DNA of 64,000 nucleotides, from contig CAJINV010000004.1 of assembly GCA_905178155.1 (NCBI GenBank), forward strand, positions 6,702,933 to 6,766,932, read 5' to 3'. This DNA comes from Amoebophrya sp. A120 (lineage: Eukaryota; Protista; Dinoflagellata). The notes beneath the pieces are model-generated. The model ran no database searches. It saw only the letters and a list, made by a program, of their open reading frames with translations, and was not told where the DNA came from. This document shows, piece after piece, positions 1 through 13,100 of this stretch. The stretch's first letter is position 1, and each line of letters begins with the position of its first letter. Position numbers and translations under genes: made by a program.

Positions 1-1
1 T

Positions 2-904
2 GACACGGCCAGGGACGACCCCTTTCCCAACGAAGTAGTGACCACGGGTCCAGGCGGCAATTCCAGCAGCTCCACCGGTGGGGAGGGGCGGCCGCCCGTC
101 GCGCCCGGCGGGACGAACAAGCAGAGTACAACTTCTTCTGGTGGTGCCGGTGCCCCCCCAGCCCCACCGATGGAACCCGTCGCAGAAGGGACAGACGAGA
201 AGAGCCAGGGGGAGCCTCCAGCCTCAACATCAGCACCGCCGGAGGAAACAGCGCCGCCGCCACCGGTAGAGGACGGTGTAGTAGTTGCAACGAAAGTAGA
301 AAGTGAAAATCCTCCGGCGGCAACCGCGCCTGCCGGTCCGCCGGCGGACGGCGAAACAATAGCAGCGGAGGGCAAGAAGCCGTCCAAGGAAGAACCGTCA
401 CCCGGGGAAAGCAACGCATCACCAGCAGCAGTTGACGCAAAAGCGCCTGACGGATCCGCGAAAAATACGTCGTCTAGTTGTACTGCAGCCCCGACGGGTG
501 CCGTAAAAGGGAAAGCGGCGGAGGCTGCTCCGGCGGAGGAGCCGAGTGGTGCGAAAACGGAACAGGAACCCAGCAGCAGTACGAGTGCCAAAGTAGACCC
601 AGCACCTGCTAGCGGCTCCAAGGACCACCAGGGCGCAGCTGCTAGTGCAGGAAAAAAAGACGCTACAGCTGGTGCGAGCAAGAAAGACACAACAGATGCG
701 GGTGAGAAAACTTCTCCCTCTCCTGCGCCCCCGGGTTCGAGTCCGCCGGATTCCCCGACCTCGTCTTCCTCGGACAACTCTCCCGCGAGCTCGTCTCCGT
801 CGGGATCGGGGTCCGGATCCTCCGACAGCTCTGAATCAGATTCGTCGCCAGCGTCGAAAAAAACCGGAAGCGAGGAGCCGGCATCCCCGGCGGGGAAGAA
901 GTAA
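2..904 (+). CDS. 3' part of a Pro/Ser/Ala/Glu-rich low-complexity hypothetical protein (5' end outside window)
   Basis: Frame open from position 2 to TAA at 902-904; mucin-like composition; AT-rich sequence follows. Confidence 0.65.
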   Translation, partial: DTARDDPFPNEVVTTGPGGNSSSSTGGEGRPPVAPGGTNKQSTTSSGGAGAPPAPPMEPVAEGTDEKSQGEPPASTSAPPEETAPPPPVEDGVVVATKVESENPPAATAPAGPPADGETIAAEGKKPSKEEPSPGESNASPAAVDAKAPDGSAKNTSSSCTAAPTGAVKGKAAEAAPAEEPSGAKTEQEPSSSTSAKVDPAPASGSKDHQGAAASAGKKDATAGASKKDTTDAGEKTSPSPAPPGSSPPDSPTSSSSDNSPASSSPSGSGSGSSDSSESDSSPASKKTGSEEPASPAGKK

Positions 905-1801
905 GGGCGGTGGTGGAGGTGCTCTGTAGGTGGTGAAACCCTGGGTCAATTAGTAGAACCAGGTTAAAACTAAAGATTGTTGATTCGATAATATGCTTAG
1001 GCACAAATAAACACCGTAAAATAGTACTACAATCCTAATTCATTGCAGTTCTTCCTCGATTGAGGTCGACAAACACACAACGAAAAAGGTTAAACTTGAT
1101 GATGCGTTATTTCTGGTATTTATTTTCACTTCCTGGATTTGGATTCTGCATTTGCTTTACACTCAACGAAACGTAAAAATGGTGAGTCCTGTGATATCAG
1201 ATAGTCCCAATAAGATGAAAAACGGACGCGCAGTCTCAGTCACGTTTTGGGAACAAATTTCACGAAGTCCGAGGTACACAAGACTTGTTATCGCGCTAAG
1301 TTAAAGTTTGCACTGGAACATCTGAAGGTATACGCACTGTTTTTTATGACTTACATCAGATCGAGATCGACGGGGACGTGCTGTTACAGAGGCTTGGTCT
1401 GAAGCGAAATAAACAAGGGACAGCGGATTCGGATTTCTCAGTGCAGATTGCAAGAACTCCTTCGTACAACTATGAAGCCTTGCTGCATACTTACAGGAGA
1501 TAAGTTCAGGCGACACCGCCCTCAGAGTCTACTTATCTGTTCTGCAGCATGGTCTTCTATTGATTGTTGAGATCTCCGCCTGAGACGAGGAGCCATTTGG
1601 AGAGAAAGAGCCACCACAGTCTTGTAAAAGTGCAGTCCAATAAATATAGATAATGTGAGAGACGGGAGGACCCGACCAAAACAAAGAGAAGACGAAGAGG
1701 TGAACGAGAAGAGTATAGAAGAATGACATGATCAATCAACACGACAGCACAAAAATTAATAGATATCAGCACGTACAACTGCGTAGAAGAAGCTAAGCAA
1801 G

Positions 1802-3597
1802 ATGCGTCTGCGCGGCAATTACATTGCTTCGCAGGTCGTCGTTGCTGCGATCCTGCTCAGCTGTACAACTACGGCCAAAGCGCTTTCTCCGGTAGTAGGG
1901 GAAGAAGAGTATGCGGATGAGCCAGTACTATCTGCGGTTCGTGGTGGCGCCCCCGCCAAGAAGCGGGGGGGGGGTCGGGGGACCTCCTCTTCCATGATGG
2001 AAACCGGGATGCAGCCGCTCGGACAAGGCCAGCAACAGCATCACGGGACTGGACACGCACGAGACCACAAACCCAACCAGCACCAGCTGCAGACAGGCGG
2101 TGGCACCTACTTTGATCAGCACCAGCTGCAGAGAGGCGGTGGCACCTACTTTGATCAGCACCAGCTGTAGAGAGGCGGTGGCACCTACTTTGACGATGAG
2201 GCCCAGGATCATCGACAGGATCATGGCGGCCAGCATCAGAATCACGGGGCTGGACACGCACGAGACCACATACCCGGACTCGGACATCAAGGCCGTCACG
2301 GGGCTAGCCACCAGGGTCCAGAACCGGAGCGAGAACCGTCTCCCAAGAGGCGCCCCAATCCACTACTAGCTGGCCCTGACGGAAATCAACGACGACAACC
2401 ACCTACGCATAACCAGGACATCAAGGACCTCTTGCCCGCTGCGCGGCATCAGGAGCGGAAAGAACTCGCGCACGAGCTCTTCAAGGTGGGCCCCACCCCC
2501 ATCGACCCAATCGTAGCAGGGGTGCGTGCGCTGCGCGAAAACTTAGAAGCTGCTGCTGAAGAATTAAGATCAACGGTAGGAGGAGCTATCGTCGAGTTGA
2601 AGAAGCAAAAAGCTGAAGTCACCATCTCTAACTTCGCTTCCGAGCACAGCACGAAGGCGAAGCTACTGATCCATACAATCGAGGAACTTATCTCCCAGAA
2701 GTAAACAGGCAGGTCATATTTGTATACGCAAACCTAAAAAAATATTTATGGAGAAAAAATCTGTGTTGCATTCCCTATCTAGACCTCATAATATGGGCTC
2801 GCCCATGACAGAACTTTTTCCATTTATTTTTGCAGTACAAATTATATGCCTTGCCTGATGTCTTTTTCTATGGGATAACGCTTCACACTGCAATGAACTA
2901 CGTGCACAAATTTGTCGAACCCCTACCCAAATTCGTAATTCCATTGCATGACCACGACAAAGAGTACATCTCCGAGCTACAAAAAGCGGTGGCTGATTTA
3001 CACACGGTGGTCCAGCACAAGCTCAAGCATGAGCCGAAACACGGGACCCATCACCAGAACAATCACGCGGGAGAAGATCATGATGAACCGGACAAGGAAC
3101 AGCACCCGGACGGGTGTCACGTCGACCTCAACGCTGCTGGTGCAACGCACCCACGTCGTTGGCAGCGGCATTCGCAGGGACAGTCATTCGCGCAAGTTGG
3201 CCCAGCTGGTTCCGTCTTGATCTCGAACGACGAACATGCCGGTCAAGCGCAATCCGAGGGCGAAAACGAGGAACAAGAAGCGGCTCTGGACTCGCAGACG
3301 GTCTCGCACATCAACAACGGCTTTTCCTCCCTCCACGACCAGGCGACGACCTTCACAACCGACGAGGAAATGCAGGTCACGGACGCGTATCTAGTGCAAA
3401 GGTATCGCACTCGTCCTAATTGCAGTCATGCATGACAAAACTCGCCTCTTAGGTCAGTCAGTATTACATATTCCATCATTTTTTCTCCACCCACTGATGT
3501 GCGATACTTTTGCGTAATGCATAACGTGGCTTCGAGCACCGATTCGGCCACGTCGAGCTCGTCCTTCGCGGCAACCCCGACTTCGTCCGATCCGTGA
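1802..3597 (+). CDS. Secreted His/Gln-rich hypothetical protein, multi-exon (boundaries partly uncertain)
   Basis: Signal-peptide-like N-terminus (MRLRGNYIASQVVVAAILLSCTTTAKA); frame 1802-2704 is open except one TAG at 2168; AT-rich intron-like segment ~2701-2835; introner 3388-3523; TGA at 3595-3597. Confidence 0.5.
2078..2192 (+). repeat. 3 x 39-bp tandem repeat encoding QHQLQRGGGTYFD
   Basis: cagcaccagctgcagagaggcggtggcacctactttga(t/c) repeated; third copy has CAG>TAG. Confidence 0.85.
3388..3523. mobile_element. Introner, family A (TGCAAAAGTATCGTACT TIR)
   Basis: TAT...ATA; TSD acgcg/acgtg; removal gives D-A-A-S-S-T in frame. Confidence 0.8.
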
Positions 3598-4683
3598 GGT
3601 GGGAGAGCGGACATGGAAGTCTCCTTCAGTGACCGGCTTCATCATCAGTCGCCGGCGACGAGGGGATTCAGATTTTTGTTGCATTCGCTTTCATACTAAA
3701 CTATGTATTACTTTACAAATTCAAATCAAAATCAAATTGAAGATCAGTGGTCGTGTCTCGTTATGATTTTTGTCCGGGCTGTGGCCCAATTTTTGTCGGG
3801 AAAGGTAAACGTCAGAAAAAGAAAATCAAAATTCGAAAATAGAATTCGTAACGAACAGAACCAACTGTGCCAACTTTTTTACATCTCCCCAAGGGAGAAC
3901 CCGCAACATGATTGAAGATTTTTTTATAAAATCATGAAGATGATGAACACGCAACATTTCATATACATATTTCAAAATGCACATCATGTACAGAATAAGA
4001 ATCAAGGGTGGGTGTGGGTGACTGAAGAGTCAATTCCACATCGACGAGAAGATGAGCCGCGGCGCTAAATAAGCAGTTCTCTGCTCTGTTGCGTTCCCGC
4101 GACACCAGCATCACGGTGGAGAAAAAGTGTATAGGGTTGTTTTTCGTTTTGAAGATCTTTTTTCTACGCTTGCTACGAAAATGTTTCCCCTGCGGCGGGG
4201 TCGTGAACTCCGATCGCGTTTGCGCGGTGGATGCTCCCCTCCTGGTACGACATATTGGATCTATTCGCTGATAGTGTATGGCTATGGTACGATTATCCTC
4301 GTCGTCTCACATCGTTTGCTTCAAAGCCGCACCCAGTTTCCTAGCTGGGCGCGTGGAACAAGACTAGATATGAACGTAAACGCAGTGTAATCTTTCCTTT
4401 CGTTCATGGAGATGATGGACGACTTATGCGTTCGGAGAGAATAAAGAGCGCGGAAGTCTTGTGAGCAAACCCCGATTTTTCAAACGAGAGAGGCAGGAGT
4501 TGTATCCGACAACCGAGTAGATGGGCTTTCTAGGTTGACATTGTTCTATGTTTGTGTTGTCGTCTACCGGCTCCTTCTCCTTCTACAGTTGTACTTCTAG
4601 CTCCTACAACTGGCTACAGCGTTTCAGGTACTGCTTATTTTCTCGAGAATTATCGCATTAGCCTTCCAACAGCCACGGAATTA

Positions 4684-7600
4684 ATGGCCACCCGTCCTCC
4701 CGAGGCAAAAGCAAAACCCCGGCACCCGCGCGCGCGCCCCCAGCCGCAGGTCGCCACGCCCCCGGCCGATGTTGAGCTGCGCGACAGCAAAGACAGCCTC
4801 GCTCGTCCCGACGCTCTGGGCGGTGCCTCCGGGCAACTACCGGCCGAACAGCAAGAGGAAAGCCTGCTGGAGGAACTCGAAGATGGCGTCGTCGGGTTTT
4901 TCAACCGGATGTTCGGCGCAGGAGTCGCGTCGCCCAGCGACGCCGCCAACGAAGACGCGTCGAACGCGATACAGAGCCCCACCACGTTCGTGGATGGCAA
5001 AACGGACGCGCGCAGCCCAGTCGGGGACAGGAGTCCAGCCGCGGCGAGTTCGAGGTCGGAGTCTGTTGGAAAAAAAGGACGTCGTAATCGGGGTGTTGCA
5101 GGAGAAGAAGAATTACAAGCAAAGTTTTTCACGGAGCAGGAGGGCCGCGAGCAAAGAACAGACGCTGAACAACAGCTTGTGGATCATAATCGGGAAGATG
5201 GGCCGCTGCTGATGTCCTCTCGACAACCTAGTTACAGCCCGGACAGGGAGCTGCAAGAAAACAATAGTTACGGATTCGTTGCTTCTGGCGGTACTTCTAC
5301 AGCTGTTCAACGAGGACGACGAGCAGGGGGAATAAAGGCCAACGCGCTGGTGCAACAAGGTCTTCTGAACGAGTCGTCCTCTTCTGCTGTGGAGCTAGAG
5401 CAGCACGACAGCGTTTCGGAAGATGTGGTCTCCAAGTCCGGGCAGGCGGGCCGGGGTCGTGCGCGGGACAAGGTGGACCAACCAAGGGGAAAGCTGTGGA
5501 CGCGGTCCAAGCTGCCCCAGCAGCGGGGTTACGACAATACGACGACGTCACAGTCACCGTTGATGTTCCCCGCAGCTCAACAGCGAGGACATCAGCAGGA
5601 GCTGCTCTACTCCGGGAAGCCGAAGCAACCCCAGCAGGTTCTTTTCCAGCGGTCCAAGGCTGCGCAGCTGGAGCGAATGCTGCGAGAGGCCAACAGTCTG
5701 ATCAGCTCCTCCGCGACTGGGGGTTCGGACCGCGAGAACCTGCGAGACTTGGCCTCGGTCCTGATGAGCAGTTACCACGAAGAAGACGAGCAGGAGGCGG
5801 ACCACGACGCAGACGACCGGACCGGCGCACGAGGACATCTTCTTCAACCGCACCAGAAATTTTGGTCTTCCTCCAACGAACGGACGAACGCGAAGACGAA
5901 AGCCAAGTTGGAATTGCTGAAGCTGAATCTCTATGAATCGCAAAAGTATCGTACTAGTGTAAATCGCAATACAAATTCGCTCAGCATGACAACGGGAATT
6001 TGTCATGCCGTTTTGCCTTGGGATGGATATTTGTATATGCATGTTTGCAATGACTGCGAGTGCGATACTTTTGCACAGGATAATCTCGAGGCCCGGGACC
6101 GGGCTTATGACACGCAATTCGAGAGTATGAGAGCGCACATCAACCCGCCGTTATTTGTCATGCAAAATCCGAAGTAGAAATCCAGTACAGTTGCAGCCCT
6201 GTAGCATTGTTGGCATGACAAATGCTGGAAGCCCAAAAAGCACTACAGTCGGCGCATAAGAAATTTGTCATGCACAGGCTCCACATGTGCTAGCGTTTAT
6301 ATTGCTGTTCAAGAGTCATGCACTCCAAAAGCGGGGGAAGTTGTGCACTCTCATAAAGAAGGCGATCGGCAATCTGAAGGAAGTACTGATGACCCAGGGC
6401 CAAATTTTCCAAGAAAGTTTGGACGCAGCCAAGGAGCAGCACAAACTGCGGGAGGAGGGGCTGGCGCAGGAGCTGCAGGTGAAAAGCGAGGAAACGGCGA
6501 AGTTGCAGCTCGAGCTGGAGCAGAAGGGGAGGCAGTTGGCCGATATCAAGAGCAAAAATGTCTGGGTCTGGAAAAATGCAACTTGTGATGCTGCATTTGG
6601 ATTCCAGAAAAATCTGTATTGCATGAGCAGCAAATGCAAAGGGAACGCGATTCTTGCTACCCGGAGAGGGCGTTTGTCATGCGGAATAGGCATCGAGATG
6701 CCCTCAAAACATCTGTGATGCTAGGGCATGCATCACCGACATCATGGCTCATGCAAAACGTGCATGACAAGTCTCAGAATCTTCCAGACCCGGACATATT
6801 TGCACTGCATAGCCGACTCGCAGGCGCAACACAAGGAACTGGAGCTGCGGTACGCCGCTATCAATTGCAAATATGTCTGGGTCTGGAAGGTGGAAACTTG
6901 TCATGGTAAATCTGAAGCATGCAGAAATCTGTGTTGCATGAGTGCCAAAAGCTGTCCACTTTTGAGAAAGTTGGAAGGGAGTTTCTCATGCAGGATAGGC
7001 ATGGCAGAGACCTCGCAGAGTCCGTCGTGCTACGTCCCGCATTCCAGACCTCATGGGTCAGGGAAAATCTGCATGACAAGTTTACACTTTTCCAGACCCA
7101 GACATTTTTGCACTTGATAGCCGCCCTGTGGAAGCAGTTCGAAAGTGCGCAGGATGTGTTGCTGGCGCAGACCGGCGGCCGGGTCGTTTATCAAGGGGAG
7201 AGAAAGACAGCCGATAAAGTTTCTTCGAGCAGGAGTCCGAAGAAAAAGAAGAAAAGTACCAACAAGAAGAGCGGCTACAGTAGTACAAGCAGCTCCAGTG
7301 GCCGCGACGAGTACAAAAAGCAGAAACGGACGAGTCCAGAAACTCAATCTGCCAAGAAGAAAAGCAGAAATAAGCGAAGAACGGCGGAACAGAGCAACGT
7401 GATCCGCGAGTATTTTCAGCGTTGGATTGACATCGTAGCGCACAAAGCAGCTACTTCGCGACGCCGGGGAGTCGGTGATGAAGAGCGGACGTCTACCATT
7501 GTTCCGCCTTCGCTAACCTCCTTCACAACCATCGGCACACCGCAGCAGCTGCGCCACACGACGACCCGCTACGATGAAAGCGATTCCGATTCCTCTTCCC

Positions 7601-9107
7601 TGGCCGCTTATCAATCGCAAATATCGTGTCTGCCTTTGGAAGATTGCAAGATTTGTGATGTAGATTTTCCATGACCCATGAGGTCTGGTATGGAGGACAG
7701 AGCATGACAGATTCTGCGACAGTCCTATCATGCCTATCCTGCATGAGAAACTTTCTCTGACATTCACATTCATCAAAAGTGGACAACTTATGATAATCAT
7801 GCAACACAGCTTTTTTCACAATCCGGACTTAGCATCACAAGTTGCATTCTTCCAGACCCAGACATATTTGCAATGCATACCGCCTTCGCAGGCTCGTTCC
7901 GCAACCCGAAGAACAGTACAACTTTCGAGCGGGACCAGGCGAAAGCTCGAATGCTTGCCGCGGAGGTATCAAATGCAAGTATGTCTGTGTCTGGAAGGAT
8001 GCAGAGGTTTGTGATGCAGCTTTGGCATGACCCAGAAGGGCTACCATGCACGCCCTAGCATCACAGGTTTTGAGAAGGTCAGTCTCTTGATGCGTAATCC
8101 GCATGACAACGCCCTTCTTTCGGTGGCCAGAAATGTGCAACTTTTGGCCTCCATGCATGACAGATTTTTGTGTGATGTGAAATGCGCATCACAAGGTCGC
8201 ATCTTTCCATACCCAGACATATTTGCAATGCATAGGAGGCCGCGCAAAGCAAATTGTTCAAAGGGCCTAGTTCGTCAGTGCGGGCGTCGGACGGAAGCAG
8301 GTACAGGAAGGACAACGGCGGAAGAAGTCGAAGCAGGGACAACTACGAGGGACAACGACTGGAGAAGATGACAGGAGGAGCACAACAAACAGGTTCTACT
8401 CGTCGTGAACAAGTAGAGGCTGCTGCGCGGGTGAGGAGTAGTACTACATCCCGAACTTCGTCTGTGAAGCAAATCGAGCGCGAACTGGAGAACGAGAAGC
8501 TCGGGATCGTCAGTGCGGCCAGTCGCGAACCAAAGTTGATATCAAGTGCAAAAATGTCCGGGTCTGGAAAAGTCGAACTTGTAATGCGTGTCTTGCGTTC
8601 CTGGAAAATCTGTGTTGCACGAGCAGCAAAAGAGAAGCTTTCTTTGTCATGCAAAAACGCAATTTGTAATTCGTCAGAAAGCGTCTCAAAAACTTGTCAT
8701 GCTTGGCTGCCATTGGAAGCGCTTCAATCATCCACATTTTGGCATCACAAGTTTCCAGACCCAGACATTTTTGCATTTCATAGCTGAAAGCCGCGGACAA
8801 AGTTGTGGAGAAAGGAAACTTTGTCTACTCGGCTTCTTCAAGGTTGGAGAATGCAGAGCGGGATCGAAGTAGAACTGACGACAAGGACCAGAATCATCAA
8901 AATTCCACTTCTAGTACCACGCAGCTAGATCGACTACGAGGACCACAGGCTAGTTCGGTACAACGAGATGGTGGCCGCACAATGGTGGTTTCGGTGCCCA
9001 CCCGATCTCCGTCCCCGAACGTGCGTGCGCAGGACCGAGAAAATGCGCGCAGCTTTTTGCAAGCCATGCGGACGACGTCCACGGAGAGGACTAGCGGACC
9101 GAGTTGA
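4684..9107 (+). CDS. Low-complexity/coiled-coil hypothetical protein interrupted by 7 introners
   Basis: One continuous frame to TGA 9105-9107 after removing elements at 5932, 6126, 6544, 6859, 7609, 7967 and 8540 plus one TSD each; coiled-coil stretch LKEVLMTQ...LELEQKGRQL; start codon uncertain. Confidence 0.7.
5932..6082. mobile_element. Introner, family A
   Basis: TAT...ATA; TSD atctc/atctc; in-frame L-N-L-E-A. Confidence 0.9.
6126..6355. mobile_element. Introner, family B (TATGAGAGTGCACAACTCCCCCTCCCCC TIR), degenerate
   Basis: TATGAGAG...CTCTCATA; TSD gagag/aagaa; removal restores frame into AIGNLKEV. Confidence 0.8.
6544..6811. mobile_element. Introner, family D (ATGTCTGGGTCTGGAA TIR)
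   Basis: TSD gccga/gccga; in-frame L-A-D-S-Q. Confidence 0.9.
6859..7119. mobile_element. Introner, family D
   Basis: TSD gccgc/gccgc; in-frame Y-A-A-L-W. Confidence 0.9.
7609..7879. mobile_element. Introner, family D
   Basis: TSD ccgct/ccgcc; in-frame L-A-A-F-A. Confidence 0.85.
7967..8234. mobile_element. Introner, family D
   Basis: TSD ggagg/ggagg; the only copy where sliding within the TSD can give GT...AG. Confidence 0.9.
8540..8782. mobile_element. Introner, family D
   Basis: TSD gttga/gctga; in-frame K-L-K-A-A. Confidence 0.85.
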
Positions 9108-10139
9108 GGAAAATTCCGTTTGTTGGAAGTAGTACTACGAGCCAGTACCCCGGCCTGGTTTTCCGTTTCGGTGCTCTCCTGACCTCGGTTTCGCGTTCTT
9201 AATTTTGCTAAACACCACCGCCAAATTCTGAGCTTTAATGAGAATATAGCTGGTCTTCATTCTGCGCCGGTGCGGGATAGTGCATACTGCAGCGCAATGA
9301 GTTCTTTGGCTCAAGATTAAATAAGGACTGTAGCATTACCGCGTATAATTAGTTTGTCAGAATGAGCGCAGGCATGTGGTCTGATACCCATCCTGTTCTT
9401 GGCCTTGCACTCAGCGAGAGGGCCTGGTCTCTCGCCCTGCTCAAGGAAGTGTTGTTCCTCCTGTTGCAGCGTTCTGGTTTCGTTCTGATGATCATCGCAC
9501 GGTCACCATATCGTACAAGCAATCTAGGATCGTGATGAAAACGAAAATCAAGGGAATGGTTGATGTCATCGTGCAAAAAAAATCGTACAACTCGTCGCTT
9601 TATCATCATGTACAAGCTAGTTAGCAGTAGCTTGTCTGACATCACATGACATCACATACGTACACATGGCATTCACGACTATCGTGCAGCTTTCGTTCAG
9701 ATTTCGTGCAGTGGCGGAATGAAAGTCTTTCTCATGAGTGGTCGTGGTGAAAATGAAATGCGAAGACGCCCACGGCATAGACATTGGTACAGGCAGCTTT
9801 GATGATTCACATTGACTTTCTTTTCATGCCTAAACATGCGACCAGGATCGCTTTCGCTGGATACACTTCGGTTGCATCATCAGATTGCCCATACCCCCCA
9901 GTAGTAGTGCCTCCTGACATCGGTTTCCTCCCCTGTCGTCGTTTTGCTCTTGCTAGTCGTGGTAGCATCTTGGACGAGCTACAATCCGTGAACAAAATCG
10001 AAAAAACTTTTGGTGAAGATGAAAATCGGTACAACTACTTAAGTTCACCTTCGGCGTTGTTCCAGTTTTTTCGTACACTTAAAAACAGGTCCTCTGAAAT
10101 AAAGAGACAACTACCACCGCTCGATACTAGTATAGTACC

Positions 10140-13100
10140 ATGATGTTGATTCGCATTTTCGAAGAAGAGGATGACCTTCACACGGAGAGCCGCGCGCCTT
10201 CCCGCGTCGACGGCACTACTAGAGGTGAGCTGTCGTCGTGGTTCTCCGCTTGGAGCCAGGAAAAGAACCAAGAGGTGGACCTAAACAAGTCCAATAAACG
10301 GAGGCCCGTGGTAGACAACTCCGCCCCCGTGCAGGAACAACTCGTCGCGCCGCAACCGCGCGTCGTAGGGAAAGTCAAGACGTCGCACTCGCACACGTTC
10401 TTCACTGGAACCACAAGGGGCGAGAGTGAGGAAGCGGCGGCTGGCGATGCGAGAACGGATCGTCATGATGATCGTGACCACTTATTTTCCGCACATGTTG
10501 AGACAGCACGGCGGATTTTTTCCGGTAGTTCAACAAGCGACGAAAACAGTACTAGCGCTAAGACAGCGTCTGTTTATCACTATGGGTTGCGTTCCTGTGC
10601 ACGAGTACTACTTTCCCGGCAAGCGGTTCTCGTCGGGCTTTCTTTCGTATTTTTGGTGTTCTATGCGGTCCACGACTTCCGACATAGAATGTTCCCGGGG
10701 TCCTCTTCCCCCTCGACTTCATCCGGTTCTGCGCCTCTGTTGATAGAGCGCTCCGTTGGCGGGAATAAATACGGCCCTGGTCGAGGACCACGTCCTCGTG
10801 GGTCTTCACGTGCTCGCGGCCGGTCACGAACTTCCACGACGTCGAATAAGGTGTCGTTCTTCTCGAAATACGAACGGCTGTGCCAGAAACTGTGTCCGAA
10901 CCACGAGACGCTGGAGGCCGACATAAAAGCCCGCCGGCTGCCGAGGCAGAACGTCTTTCTCACGGGGCCCTGGTATCCAAACCTGCTGGACGGGCCGGTC
11001 CGGCAGTATTTGTTCCCGGAAACAGAATTTATAGCGTTCTTTGACCACGCGGCCGCCGACGAAAGTATCCGGCTGATCTCGGATTTTTTGGAAGAGCAGA
11101 AGGTGTTTCATGATCTTCGTGAGGACGATGATCATTTGTCGAGCGAAGTTCGTCTTCGTGAGAAAAACTCTACACTTAATATCCACCCGAACGAAGCTTC
11201 TACGACACCGGCCCTTAGTACGAGAATGAGCCCGAAGAGGCCGTGGACGCTTTCACGAGCTTACCAGGAGGTGAATCCGCGGGCCTTCCGAGCCGACATT
11301 TGGCGCATCGCGATTGTGTATTTTTGCGGCGGGCTTTACGTAGACGCCAAGGCCACCTGGCCGGAAACGAGCTTCACTGCGAAGGTGAAAGAGCAATCAC
11401 GTCGAGAGGCTTCTAAAGACCAAGGGCGAGGAGGCGCGCGGCCTGGTACTACTAGCCGCCGCCTGGCGGAACGTGACGTAGACGCTGTTGATCTCTGGCG
11501 GCTTGAGGGAGTTCAAAAGAGAAAGGACGCGGCTTCTTCCCCTCCGGCGCGAATCTTTGGCTCCATGGGGGCTCATATTAAGCAGCGGAACAAGAAAGTA
11601 GACGGGGGAGAAAAAGACGATCATGAAAGAACAGACGAGGAACGCGACAAAGACGAGGAAGATGTAGTGAAAATAAATGCCGACCCGTACGAGCAACAGT
11701 TGCGAGATTCAGAGGCGCGTCCAGGTACTAGTTTCTCGACGCCCACGTCTCATTTCTCTGCAAGTAGGGTGAAAAAGAAGCGCAAGCGGTTTAAGAGTGG
11801 GGGGAAGAAAGAGAAAAGCAAAAGCCGGCAGAGGAATGAACCGGTGGTCAAACAGGCGGGTAGTAAAATCGAAGAGCAGCGCGACCGGGGTGGAGTTGAC
11901 GAGGACCAAAGCGGGGAGGGGAACAAAGGTACAGCAGGTTCGACGCGTGCCTCTGAACTAGAAAGCGAATTGTCGAAGGTGAAGATGAACCTCTCGACGA
12001 TAAGTTCGGTCTTTGAGAAGCTGGCAACTCCAACTCCTCCGGGTCGTGGTCGTGCGAACAATACTAAGAACTACACCATGAGCGCAGGCGAGGTGCTTTT
12101 CTGTTTGGATCACGACGCGCTCGCCGGGGGCGGTTTGACTAACCGCCTGCTGGCCAGCTACCCCAGGAACCCGGCGTTACTCTACTTTCTGCGGCAGCAA
12201 ATTCAAAACAGCATGGATATGCGATACGACTTCGGCAGGGACGTCGCAGAGGTACACATTCCGCTTTTGTACCCAACCGGTCCGGGCCTCGTGACGAGTG
12301 TGGCTTTGCAAGAACCTTGTTTACAGAGCACCCTCGTCCCCCGGTGCGCCATGGCAAAGGGCGCCGAGCCGTTTCGGCGCTACCAGCCGGCGGCGGTAGT
12401 CCAAGAGGTATGTGGTGAAAAGTGTCCGGCGGAGTATTACGATGCTGTTTTTTCTCCGGAATATCATGACCGCTTCACGTCTCTCGCAAACGAAGCGCGG
12501 AAGAATCAACCAGACCTGTGCGACGAGGAACGAATGCTGCGAGATTTGAAGAACGCAACTACGTCCTCTTCCTTCTTTCGCGGGCCCTTCCGTTTGGCCA
12601 AGAAGCGTAGAAAAGAGGGAAAACGTAGTGTGGACAATCAAGAGAGCGCTGAGGAAACGACCACCACGCCTCGTGCTCCCCTTCCGCTGCTCCAACGATT
12701 TCTGGATGATTGGCGCGATGACCCGTGGTCCCCCCACAAAGTGGATCTGCGAACCGGCCTGCTGTTCTCGTGGGACAGACACTATGCATTGCAAATGTGT
12801 CTGTGTCGGGAAGGATGCGAATTTGTGATGCGCATTTCACAACACACACAAATCTCTCATGCAGAGGCAGCAAAGGATCAAGATGCGGATGTCCATTTCC
12901 TGTCACCACGGTGAAGGATTTGTCTTGCGGATTAGGCAATGCGGAAGCTTCTCGACATTTGTGATGCTTCTGCGGCTTCCTCGACATACATTCTGCGTAG
13001 TGCAAAAACAGCATGACAAAAATCCGCATTGTTCATGCCGACCCAGACATACTTGCATTTGATAGACACGTGCATGCAGCCATGCACAACAAGCAGAACC

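Noticed and set aside
2168-2170. Genome-wide TAG reassignment to Gln
   Set aside because: TAG terminates DBP3, both MFS paralogs and the ADGB-like gene at the expected ends; only one internal case was seen
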